DNA of 64,000 nucleotides, from NCBI GenBank assembly GCA_977020255.1, contig CDROCS010000177.1, positions 62,001 to 126,000 of the forward strand, given 5' to 3'. The stretch's first letter is position 1; each line of letters begins with the position of its first letter. Positions 54,001 through 64,000 of the stretch are shown here, piece after piece. Source of the DNA: Obrimoposthia wandeli (Eukaryota). A model generated the notes under the pieces. It ran no database searches. It worked only from the letters and a program-made list of their open reading frames with translations, and was not told the origin of the DNA. A program made the translations under genes and the position numbers.

Positions 54001-54073
54001 TTGAACTCTCTTCTACAGCTCTTTGAAAACGTCTGGAGAGTTGTGGCTGGAAGCGTACACTAACCCAGGTTGA
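30078..54073 (+). CDS. FADS2-like: Front-end (delta-5/delta-6-type) fatty-acyl desaturase with N-terminal cytochrome b5, 425 aa, 10 exons: 30078-30233, 30281-30364, 30578-30790, 32705-32806, 35285-35471, 47701-47777, 47823-47923, 51528-51704, 51985-52110, 54019-54073
   Basis: All introns are GT-AG and phase-consistent, and the exons sum to 1278 nt. Motifs: HPGG, HDYGH, HNLHH and QIEHH. Intron positions (DAT|DA, SQ|AQAGW, K|GA, R|FFES, EH|H, R|SLK) match those I recall for vertebrate FADS2. Confidence 0.95.
33283..34090 (+). pseudogene. Polinton major capsid protein C-terminus followed by a decayed adenain-type cysteine protease, in desaturase intron 4
   Basis: [36 protein letters not shown].. 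is homologous to 40934-41116. It is followed by GYVVNTH*SNLPGEH*I, homologous to the protease at 40506-40826. Confidence 0.75.
39930..40332 (-). pseudogene. Polinton accessory gene, possibly DnaQ/DEDD-like, homologous to 58916-59397
   Basis: [52 protein letters not shown], with stops. Confidence 0.55.
40506..40850 (-). pseudogene. Polinton adenain-like cysteine protease (maturation protease)
   Basis: [46 protein letters not shown] has the His, Asp, Gln and Cys motifs of adenoviral-type proteases. The conserved GEHW reads GEHC here. Confidence 0.85.
40880..41250 (-). pseudogene. Polinton major capsid protein, C-terminal fragment
   Basis: [35 protein letters not shown] matches the Polinton double-jelly-roll capsid C-terminal pattern as I recall it. 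Confidence 0.75.
42469..43920 (-). mobile_element. Miniature, internally deleted Ty3/gypsy LTR element: LTRs 43675-43920 and 42469-42751, PBS 43664-43674, PPT 42752-42762
   Basis: Direct repeats TGTTAG..CTAACA. PBS TGGCGACCACG is complementary to a tRNA-Arg-type 3' end CGTGGTCGCCA. PPT is AAAAAGAGGGA. TSD is GCCAC/GCAAC. Remnants of gag ([18 protein letters not shown]) and integrase ([23 protein letters not shown]; [19 protein letters not shown]) remain. Confidence 0.9.
48467..49717 (-). mobile_element. Full-length but decayed mariner (DD34D-type) transposon in desaturase intron 7
   Basis: About 40-bp TIRs CATGGTRTGAT..AAAATGTCCCGGACTAATTAAGAAAGAA flanked by TA. The transposase fragments [21 protein letters not shown] and [25 protein letters not shown] are frameshifted. 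Length is 1251 bp. Confidence 0.92.
49720..50480 (-). mobile_element. Tc1-like transposase remnant truncated by the mariner insertion
   Basis: [32 protein letters not shown] resembles the Tc1 C-terminus. The left boundary is the mariner TIR; the right boundary is approximate. Confidence 0.55.
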
Positions 54074-56069
54074 ACCTGGCTTATTGATATTTGTCACAAT
54101 GAATCTTTACTATATTTCTAAATGTACCAGAATTGGTGTGTTGCAGATTGACCTAGAACTTTATTTCGTTTGCATTTCCTTTTTTACTATTTGGCAGTGG
54201 CATATTTTGTTGCTTAACATTTTATTTTTGTTGATCTATTGTGATTTTGTTTCTCTCCAATAAATATTTATTAAGCGTTTTTAAGCGTTATTTATCTTAT
54301 GATTCTTTAACTATTAACTCGTGGGTCTTATGGTATTGGGTTTTTCTATTTTGGTCCTAGTGTCAATTCCTCTTCACTTTAATTCATCATTTTTACCCTG
54401 TTTTTTGTATTAATAGTATTATCATACCAGCAACTTATTATTTCGGTTGCATAAAAATTACTGTGCACGGTTCTATGTGATGAACAAACTGTCCATTTTG
54501 TGCAGTTGCCGATCAACTACATTCTGTAAGTCAGGAAAAACTCACTTGTCATAAAAATTTAATTTTCCTGTCCTACTGAAAATAGCTGTTCTTGTGTAAG
54601 AATTAGAAAAAATACGGATTTTTCATAAAATAAAGACTTTTGAAATATCAAATCATATGTATTTTCATCTTATCAAAATATCATATTTGATATCTAAAAA
54701 TGTTTAATAACAATATTCCTCAATGATATAAATACGAGAATTCAAATAATGCAATAAAAAGCCATATTTTGTACTAGTTGTGAAAATAATTCACATAAAC
54801 AATCCATAAAACAATGATAATTAAGACGGGAAACGAAGTGGCTGTACCATCATCCAAGACAGTACTTTCCAATCTTTAGATTACTACGAGAAAGATCTAA
54901 TATCGGTGCCTCCCTCTTTATTTAATCAAAAGGCACATTTTTAAATGGTAAAATGTTTATTAATACAAAAATGGTGCAAAAGACGTTTTGACGGAATAAT
55001 AACAAGGTTTTACCCTATATATTCATATATTTTTTTACTGAAATCTCGAGACTTTAATTTCAATAATTTTTTAAATCTTATTACTCTATATAACAGCACA
55101 TATTTTTGTTTTCAAATCGAGGCTAAAGTCAAATCTATCATAATTGAAGGCTATTGGCATACTATTTGCAATCCAATAATTACAATTCAATTGAACACAT
55201 TGCATATTATTTAAAAATGAAGTTTAAGAAACCAAAGGATTATTAATGTTATCCAAAAAATTCAAATTTCAAAATATGATTTAATTAAATATCATGACAT
55301 TCCCTGCCGGTAAATTGCATATATATCCGAATTTAATTTTACATAAATAAGTTAATGTTAATTTCAAATCGGAAATATTTAATACTCTTGCATATTTAAA
55401 GTTGGCAAATTTATATTTTATTGAAATTCACAAATACTGAATCTCTTTTAAATTATCTTTCTCATATTTTAAAATTCTTTACTGTTTATTTTACAGATTT
55501 GCAATTAATTTTTTTGCAAAAAAAATTACAAAGCCATCAAAATTATATGCAAATTAAAAGAAGTACTTGTACAATTGTTTACCGATCAGTGCCAGAATAG
55601 AATTCAAGATCATACATGAGTAGGTGGATGTGTCCGGTCTAATCCACATCCCCCATACTGTCCTTTAAAACCGTGCATGTGTGTGGAGTGAAATTTCGTG
55701 TAGGTGTGTAGAAAGATTTTCTACCCCCCCCCCTCCCAAACACTCAAAAAAATAATTAACTCTATATAACACCCTTTAAATTTAAAAATCTCATAATGCT
55801 CCATAAATTTTGATTAAGGTCCTGAGAGGCCAAAAAATTGGCCAAAGCGTGCCCTCGGGCCCGCGGTGGATCAATGAGTAATAAATACAGGCTCGCGAAT
55901 AAAATTTTCCTTATAAAAATTTATATCCATACATATATACAAGGTCGTAAAAAAAAATTTCTTTATAAGAATTTATAAGAAAGAAACATATATAGGGTCG
56001 CAAAAAATTTTAAATAATCAACTACATAAATTCGAAATAATTTTCATTTTTATTGGGTGAGTCATCAAA

Positions 56070-56280
56070 TTAGTCATCATGACCTTAAATGATCTTGACC
56101 TCATGATGACCTAGACAACTTTGTACCTTGACCTCATGATGGCCTTAAATGACCATAAATGATCTTGATCTCATGATGACCTAGACAACTTTGTACCCTT
56201 GACCTCATGATGACCTTAAATGACCTTGACTTCATGATGACCTCATAAGGTCATGACCTTAACTTGACCTTAAATGAGTT
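56070..56280. repeat. Subterminal ATGACCT-based tandem repeats of the Polinton, including a ~65-bp higher-order duplication
   Basis: Repeated CATGATGACCT / AAATGACCTTGA and CTAGACAACTTTGTACC x2. Confidence 0.85.
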
Positions 56281-56616
56281 CATGAATTTTATATACCATC
56301 CAAACATGTATTCAAACATCAACCAAATTTAAGAAAATACCATAAATTCTCTGAATAATACGTTTTCATTGGACGTTAAACTTATGCAACAAAATCTTAA
56401 GAAAATAGTTATATTTTCGAATAAAATATGTTTTATCCAATGACATTCTAGCATTCAAACATAGTTAAAAAATTGAGAAAAGCCTACTGATTTTCAAATA
56501 AATTATTTGAATAACCCGCTCTCATTAGACGACAAAAGAGGGTTAGTCTATTATTTTTGTATATAAGGAAACCTCTTTTCATTATTTTTCATAAATTAAA
56601 ATCAAAATCAAGAATA

Positions 56617-57965
56617 ATGCCAATTTTCAACAACGTCGATTTGGATGAAGAGACGGAGGTTCAACTGTAAGGGGATCTCTCTCCAGTACAACAGCGAATG
56701 CCACCACCGGCGCAGTACATTGACTTACTTAGTCAAGACTCGTCGGTGGTGAGTGAAGGAGACGATGGAGAAGCAGCAGCAAGAGCGGAGCTGTTGCTAG
56801 AAGAACCGCCATTGGCCAGCTCAACTCCAAGAGAAGAACCAATGAGCGTGCGAGGTGGGGTACAGAGATCCCAATATATCGATCTGACTAGTCAGGATTC
56901 GATAGAGAATTGGGAAGACTGTACTCCCAGGCTAAACACAGAAGCCAATCGTCCGGCAAATTCAGCAGTAGCAGCAAGGAGATCCAATCTCTTCGACAAT
57001 TTTGAGGCGGCAATCAAATGCCCCTGGAAATTGATCCCGCTGTCTCAACCGGAGATAATACTGACACCAGACTCAGACGAGGAGCTGTTTACTGATGACG
57101 TTCCGTCGGATGGGGAGGAGGAATGGATACAGCCAAGTATCGGAGCCCCTGGAGCCAACGAGTCCATGGTTGCAGAAATGGATGAAGATGAGTGGTATCT
57201 GTTCACCGACGAATGGAATGGTTTCACTCCCTCTACAACTCCGACTCCGACACCCGACAATACAGTGCCTGATCCATTCAGAAGGCCACAATCTCCGATA
57301 CGTGCTGTTAGGAGAATAAAGGCGACGAATGAGGTTTGACATCATTTATTTGAAATGTTTTTTAATTTTATTTTCAGAAACTGCAACTGGATTTGGCACC
57401 GTCAGTGACCGCGATTGAGAGGCTGATTGAACCGCAGTACTTGGCGAGTCAATGTAGCCAGGATGATCCCAGGAGGGATCAGCGTTACCTACCGACTCCG
57501 GCTAAATTTGAGGTATATTATTATAAATTAGTAAATTTATTTAATTATTCAAATATGAAGCTGAATTTGTGGAGGAAATTTGGGAGGAGGCAACTCGAAG
57601 ACTACCCGTCGATAGGAAGCAAGCGGCGATTAAGAAACCTCGACGCCACCGGGTCAAAACCAATACGGTCCATCGGAAGAAGGCCAAGTTGGTGAAACAG
57701 GCTAATCTACCCGTCATCGAGGTAAATTATTTATATGTTTAAATTTTATTAATGTTTTTTGCTGCAGGAACCAATACAATTAACTGAGGAGACATGGGCC
57801 AAAATTTCTCCATTCCCGCAGAAGCGAACGAGGTGGGCTGCTGTACGGAAGAAGAAGGAGCCAGTACCGCTTTCTCCAATTATACTTAGTCGGAGGGATT
57901 ACGACCCGGATGATCCCAATGATGACTTCGTAAAAATGTTCAAAAATATAATTTACAAAAATTAG
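56617..57965 (+). pseudogene. Polinton ORF1, acidic/Pro-rich disordered protein, apparently spliced: 56617-57333, 57378-57512, ~57554/57561-57721, 57768-57965; nonsense TAA at 56668
   Basis: GC-rich coding blocks are separated by 44-48-nt AT-rich GT..AG gaps. The homologous copy at ~41810 has TAT where this copy has TAA. Junction 2 is frame-ambiguous. Confidence 0.6.
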
Positions 57966-58257
57966 TTTTTTGTGTTGTCTTTTTATTATTATTTATTTTA
58001 GAATTTAGTAATATTAAAATATCCTCCTTAAGTTTATTAAAATAACAAGATTAAAAATACAGTTAACTTATTCGAATGTGATTGGATTATTAAGGAATAA
58101 TTTAAATTTTTTAGGATTAAATATAAATGCAATGATTAGTTATATATTTATTAAACTTTCATTTGATAAATATATTTTAATTGCTTGTGATTGGATTAAA
58201 AATATCTTAAATTTATATATATAGGTTCAAATTTATTAACATCTTCATAATTAAAAA

Positions 58258-58578
58258 ATGGAATTTATTAAATTGCAAAGTTTGGTGATGAAGATCGAGG
58301 CAAACATAAGAATAAATGAGAAGAAAGGAGACTTACGAAAGAGGATCCTCAACCAGAATTTGTATACTGCTGTCGCGACCGAGTGGAATCGTCGGGTGGA
58401 GATTCAGGACAGGCGGCTAGCAGAACGACGTCGGGTCGTGGAGTGGAACAAGAAAATAGAAATGGAAAAAAGGAAGGTGGAGGAAAAAAGAAGAGAAGAG
58501 ACGGAGGATGTTCGGCGAGCAGCAAGAAAGCGAATCCTCCAGATGAAACTGGAAGAGGGTCCTTCCACAAAAAAATAA
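58258..58578 (+). CDS. Polinton small basic coiled-coil protein (106 aa), function unknown
   Basis: Open ATG-TAA frame. A homologue [31 protein letters not shown] lies at 41497-41736 (-). Confidence 0.65.
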   Translation: MEFIKLQSLVMKIEANIRINEKKGDLRKRILNQNLYTAVATEWNRRVEIQDRRLAERRRVVEWNKKIEMEKRKVEEKRREETEDVRRAARKRILQMKLEEGPSTKK

Positions 58579-58915
58579 ATTTTATTGATTACTTTGTCTT
58601 TATTCATTATGTTATAAATTTATAAATTATTTATACATAAAATTATCTCCGGATTTAATGGAAGATTATAAAAAAAATTACTTTTCAGAAAATGATAGTA
58701 CGGATACCATTAGATATAAAATATGTAATTTAATTTCGAAATATTTAGGTATGTTTACATTTAATATAATTAATTTTAATATTCATAGGATAATTGACAA
58801 TATATACCAATCTTAACATGAAAGACTGAATCCTGACTACCTCATTATTTTAATAAATTTTTGATTAACAGTTTTTCGTTATAAACAACGGGATTTGCTA
58901 CAAATTTGGGTAATT

Positions 58916-59397
58916 ATGCAGGAATATATCATAGATTTTGAGGCTTTCATTAACAAAAATGGGGATTATATTATAAAAGAATTATGGATGTATGCGACGT
59001 TTTTCATCCTTTGAATTTCATATTTCATATAGATATCCCATTTAAAAGTTTAGATTATAAGAAAAAATCTACTAATTTATATCTAACTAAATATTTCCAT
59101 TTATTAAAATGGAAAGAAGGACATAAGGCTTTTTGTGAAATATGTATTTTCGATACTATTAAATCTAATTTTGATATTGAAAATGGAATTTTTTATGTTT
59201 TAGATTAAATAGATGGCAAAAAGTATAAGACTTTAAAAAAATATTTCCCCAAATTAAGATCGAGTACTTTAAATATTTCACGTGATCATCTATTAAAAAT
59301 TCCACAAAATATTTGCTGTCCATATGGTAGTCATGGTGACCATTGCGCTTATAAAAAATGTTTAAGTCTATCTTATTATTATTTGACATGTAGATAA
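58916..59397 (+). pseudogene. Polinton accessory gene with IIDFEAF..IIKEL (ExoI-like DxE) and a C-terminal C..H...HC Cys/His cluster; possible DnaQ-like exonuclease
   Basis: Frameshift near 58984 and TAA at 59206. It is homologous to 39930-40332. Confidence 0.5.
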
Positions 59398-59454
59398 ACA
59401 AATTTTCTAAATGGAGAAATTCATTATTTAAATTTTACAATTATTTACAAATAA

Positions 59455-59580
59455 GCCTTTTGATTGGAGGAATAAAAAATATATTTTTCAACCAATAACA
59501 GATAAACAATCCTTCTCTTTAATTGGAGGAATAAAAAAAATATTTTTCAACCAATAACAGATAAACAATCCTTCTCAGTG
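59455..59580. promoter_or_regulatory. Duplicated ~62-bp unit with ATTGG/CCAAT boxes just upstream of the polymerase start
   Basis: ATTGGAGGAATAAAAAA..TTTTTCAACCAATAACAGATAAACAATCCTTCTC occurs twice. A promoter role is inference. Confidence 0.35.
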
Positions 59581-59687
59581 GAGGAATAAATTCAATTTTT
59601 TAATCCAATTGGAAAAGAGCATGTGTGCATAAATTTTACTATATAAGCAAACACTTTCTTCATTTAAATCCCCGACAATTTGAAATA

Positions 59688-62600
59688 ATGCCTATGGTAA
59701 GAATATATATTTATTATTTCCTTATTAATATTTATTATTTCAGATTACGTGTAACCTATTCCCTGCGTATTGTGGTGCTTCGGCACCTCATGGAGGAGAG
59801 ACCTGCATGGAGACAATGTCTGCATACTATCGGACAAAGTCTCGCGGGCTTCACTTCTTCGTCTGCCCCTTCTGCAGAACAATGGAGGAGAAGGAGTTTC
59901 GAGACTTCTTCAGTGAACATCGAGCTCACCTATCGTGTTTCACGGCCAACAATAAGAAGAGGGATATCGTCCAATTGGTGCGCAATTCGCAGGTCGCTCC
60001 AGCTCCATCTCCAATTCCAGTTGCAGTCGATCAACCCTTTTACGGTCCTGTCATTGGTCCTTCTCTCCCGGCTCCTGATTCTTCTGCTGCCCCATACACT
60101 CAAATGTCTAACAATGAGTGGATGAACGACATCTCCGAAGAAGATTTTGAGGAGTTGGCACCAGCAACCCAATTCTCAAACAATGACTGGATGCGAAATA
60201 TCACCCAGTCAGATTTCGAGATGGAGCAGCCTCAATGGAGCGACAACACCTGGTTGGAGACAATCGAGGAATTTGATTTCGTCGAGATGTCGGACGACAG
60301 CTGGATGGATTCCATCAATGAAGAGGACTTCATTCCAGCTCAACTTGATTTGCCTTCATTAGGTATTTTTTATTATTATTTTTAAATTATATTTTTTTTA
60401 TTATATTTTTTTATTTTTTATTCAGGAAATACCCTGATACAGCCGTCATCAGATAGGACAGCTATGCCTCCCCCATCTCGAGTGCCTACATCGATGTTAG
60501 CACGCCTTAGAGGTAATAATTTTTAAAAATATATTTATTTTTTAATATATTTATTTCAGCAGCACTAACCTCTACAACAGCCGCTTCTTCATTGACAAGG
60601 TCAGCTTCAAATGCAGCCTATACAACTGCCGCTTCTTCATCGGCAAGGTCAGCTTCAAATGCAGCCTCTACAACTGCAACTGTCTCATCAACATCGGCAG
60701 CACCTGCTATAGTAGCCCCTTCAACATCAGCTACGATTGCCTCAACATCGGTAGCATCAACAATAGCAGCACCTTCCACATCAGCTGCAATTGCCTCAAC
60801 ATCAGCAGCATCACCAATAGCAGCACCTTCAACCTCAGCTGCGATTGTCTCAACTATTAATATAAATAATTGTCTTCCCGTTCAATTAGGGGAAGGTTTG
60901 TCAGCGACAAACGGAAGAAAGAGACGAGGCCAATTTCTTAATAAGGTCCCACCAAAAAAACGTAGAGAAAACGGTGCTACTATAGAGTATCACCTAAATA
61001 ATAAATATGTTATAGTTAAGGTGCCATTAGGAAATGAAATTTTATTAAACGTAGGTGTAGATTCAAATATTGAAAATCTTTTAAAATCAGAAGTGACTAA
61101 ATTAGGACAGGCTAAGGTTCAATTTTGCGTAACAGTGTAGTTTAAAAATGTCAATGAGGAAACTAAAACTTGGGTAATTTCCCATAAAGCAACTATTTTA
61201 TATGATAATTTTGTAACTGAAATTGGAAGAAACCTGGATGAAAAAATTGCTAATTATAGCGAGTTAAGTAGTGGATGGACTCTAGTTAGAATTCACGATG
61301 TTAGCTTTGTTCTAACAAAGTTCACTGACATGATATATCTTTCGGGGAGTTCATACATTCCTTCACCTAGATCTCTTCAACTTTCACGTCCCATTGTTAA
61401 CGTACAAAACAGTGATAACCTTTGCTTTCTGTATAGCGTGTTGGCCATCCTCAAAAGGGGTGTAATTACTGAGCATAGAGAGCGTGTCAGTAAATATACC
61501 CCTTTTTTAAATGAATTGCAGTATCATGGAATAGATTTTCCTGTTAAATTAACTGCGATATCAAGATTTGAACACATTTATAACTTGAGTATTAATGTAT
61601 TCAAATATAATACTGATATCCCTATTAATGTAACAGACGAAGAAATTTTTATAAATCCTTTTGTAGATGTAATTTATAGGAGAAAAAATGAAGGGACTCC
61701 AGTCAACTTAATTTTGCTTGAATATAATAAAATATTCCATTATGCTGCAATTCCCAATATATATTGTCTTCTAAATTTAGATAATGGAGCCTTACCGGTT
61801 AGGATAAGGTGTAAGTGGTGTCATAGATGTTTACATGGATTCCGATCCAAGCTCTCTTACAACAGACATCTGACATTATGTACACTGAATCCTGATGACA
61901 ATACGCTATATAGCATGCCTAAGGATTTAAAATTCAGGGATTGGACAAAATGCATACCCGTGGAATTCAGGGTGTATGCTGATTTTGAGTCAATTCTAGC
62001 ATTGCACGACCAGTATGAGAGTATTCACCTACCGGCTTCGGCAGGACTACAATTCTTAGGCCCCAATATTACACAGTATCATAAAATTTCCGGTCCAAAT
62101 TGTATTTTAGAATTTATGTTAAAATTAGAAGAATTAGGAACTACAATTGTCAAACCGTGGTATAATCTTAATGCTCATCAATCAATGATCATGACAGGCA
62201 TAGACTGGGTTAATTTTAATTCTTGTAGATTATGTTATTTGTGTGGTACCCAGCCTAAGTTAGTCAGAGATCACGATCATGTTACGGGGCGATACTTGGG
62301 AGCGGCGTGCAACCTTTGTAACCTTGGCCGTCGTCTACCTAAAAAACCACGCATTCCCATCGTGTTTCATAACCTCAAAGGATATGATTTGCATCATATA
62401 CTTAAATACGCGTTGGGTACATTAAGCTCTTGGGAAATTTCATGTATACCTCAAACTTCAGAGAAATATTTATCTTTAACTGCATATACTGAATTCTGCA
62501 GTTAAAGATTCATAGATTCTCTGCAGTTTTTGAGCGGGTCTTTAAAACATTTAACGGCATCTTTAAATGCATGGCCAATTACACAGTCAGTGTTCCCAGC

Positions 62601-64000
62601 TTCGGTTAACGATAAAGGGACTTTTCCGTATAAATTTGCAAAAAACCTTTGCAGATTTAGAAAATACAACTGAAATCCCACCCATAACTGAATTTGAAAG
62701 TGTAAGTCTTCAAGACTATAATGAGGCCCGTACATTTTGGGTGAATAATTGTCGAAATCTTTTAGAATATATGCTTTATTATATGAAGTTAGACATTTAT
62801 CTTTTAGCTGATATTTTTGAGTCCTTTCGTGTAAAATCCTTAGTAGAAGATGGGCTAGAACCCATGCATTTCTTTAGTTTACCTGGTCTTTCATGGGCAA
62901 CAGCAATAAAAACTCTTAAAATTAATATCGAGTTACTGCAAGATCCCGCGATGTATCAAATGTATGATTATGGTATACGCGGTGGAATGACTTTTGTCAA
63001 CAAACATCATGTTGTCAAAAATCAATCCACGGAGATTCTGTACATCGATATTAATAATTTGTATGGGTGGGCGCTTACTCAACCTCTACCTCATGCCAAC
63101 TTTAAGTGGGTTTATGATGTGGATCAGTTGAATAAGTTGATGACAGATTTGGCTACTGTTGATACAGTTTCATCCGACGTCGGCTATTTGGTTGAGGTGG
63201 ACATAAAAATCCCTCCCAATGTGCATGATAAATTAGATGATCGTCCAGTAGTGCCTGTTCATCAATGCCCACCTAATTCAAAGGTTAAGAAATTATTGTT
63301 AACCCATGAAGACAAGTTGAATTATGTTGTGCATTGGCGGCTTCTTCAATTCTACTTAAAGTTGGGAGCGAAAGTTACTCGAATTCATCGTGCTATAAGC
63401 TTCAGTCAAAACTTTGTGTTTAAAGACTATATTGAGAAGAATTCTAGAAAACGTAATTTGGCCACTAGCAAATTCGATCGAGATTTTTACAAGTTAAAAA
63501 GTAATAGTCTCTTTGGAAAAACTGTAGAGGACTTGCGGAAACGTATTTGTCTACGGTTTTGCAATGATGAGCGTAAACTAATAACATATACTAGCAAGTA
63601 CAACTTCAAGCGTAGTTTTACAATTGCAGATGACTTGGTAGCAGGGTTATTAGGAAAACAGAGTATTTGACTCGATCGACCGAGTTATATAGGTCAAACG
63701 GTTTTAGACATTTCTAAACTCAGAATGTATGAGCTTCAATACATAGAATTGGAGAAATACCGACAAGAATTTAATTGTGAGATTAAAATCGCAGCTGGGG
63801 ACACTGACTCTTTCTTTTTAGAATGTAGGAATGTTAGTTTAAATAATTAATTATTACCAGCAATGTTTAGGGACAACTTACTAGATACCCATAAATATCC
63901 CGCTAACCATCCTCTACACTCTATGAGTTTAAAGGACATTATCGGGAAATTTAAGGATGAAAGCGAGGGACAGGTTTCGTATGATGATTGTATTTTCCTA
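59688..64000 (+). pseudogene. polB: Protein-primed family B DNA polymerase (pPolB), predicted spliced: 59688-59696, 59744-60362, 60426-60512, 60560 to beyond 64000. Inactivated by TAG 61138, TAA 62503, +1 frameshift in the A-run 62640-62645, TGA 63668 and TAA 63848
   Basis: Motifs SSGW..SGSSYIP, NSDNLCFLYS, YADFES (ExoI), CYLC..RDHDHVTGRYLGAACNLCN (endonuclease VII-like), VFHNLKGYDLH (ExoII), RFIDSLQF, YIDINNLYGWAL (motif A), KLKSNSLFGKT (motif B), GDTDS (motif C) and IGKFKDE. Confidence 0.92.

Larger units (their letters stand above)
55619..64000 (+). mobile_element. Polinton/Maverick, left ~8.4 kb; continues beyond the window; decayed
   Basis: AG-starting terminus AGTAGGTGGATGTGTCC shared with the copies in intron 5, subterminal repeats, several ORFs and a protein-primed family B polymerase. 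Confidence 0.93.

Noticed and set aside
7598-54073. FAAH and desaturase proximity as a lipid-signalling gene cluster
   Set aside because: They are 20 kb apart, separated by TEs and an unrelated ORF. Without synteny or co-expression data, chance is sufficient.
61138-63850. In-frame stops in pPolB as a sign of a reassigned genetic code or programmed readthrough
   Set aside because: All three stop types occur, TAA 62503 replaces an expected Leu (LRFIDS), and there is also a frameshift. This is ordinary pseudogene decay.

Overview
This is an AT-rich eukaryotic window. The desaturase intron positions match those I recall for vertebrate FADS2, which points to a metazoan, probably an invertebrate; I cannot name the species. 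Host genes: (1) the last five exons of a fatty-acid amide hydrolase-like gene (+, 7598-10208; 5' half upstream of the window); (2) a complete 10-exon cytochrome-b5-fused front-end fatty-acid desaturase (+, 30078-54073, 425 aa); (3) an intact intronless ~339-aa orphan ORF starting MGCKGS (18959-19978). Almost everything else is mobile DNA. A decayed Ty3/gypsy element is interrupted by TG..CA solo-LTR-like inserts with 4-bp TSDs. Members of this insert family carry hammerhead ribozymes: one intact type I motif at 17145-17196 (-) and two degenerate copies. There are also hAT, Tc1 and mariner remnants. Polinton/Maverick material appears four times. Two internally deleted Polintons are nested one inside the other, each with a 6-bp TSD, in desaturase intron 5, and a miniature LTR element sits inside the outer one. 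A capsid/protease fragment lies in intron 4. A large decayed Polinton starts at 55619 and runs off the window. The two most unusual signals are hammerhead ribozymes inside LTR-like units and a Polinton whose genes, including the protein-primed DNA polymerase, appear to be split by host-sized (44-63 nt) GT-AG introns. All calls are from manual reading; no searches were run.
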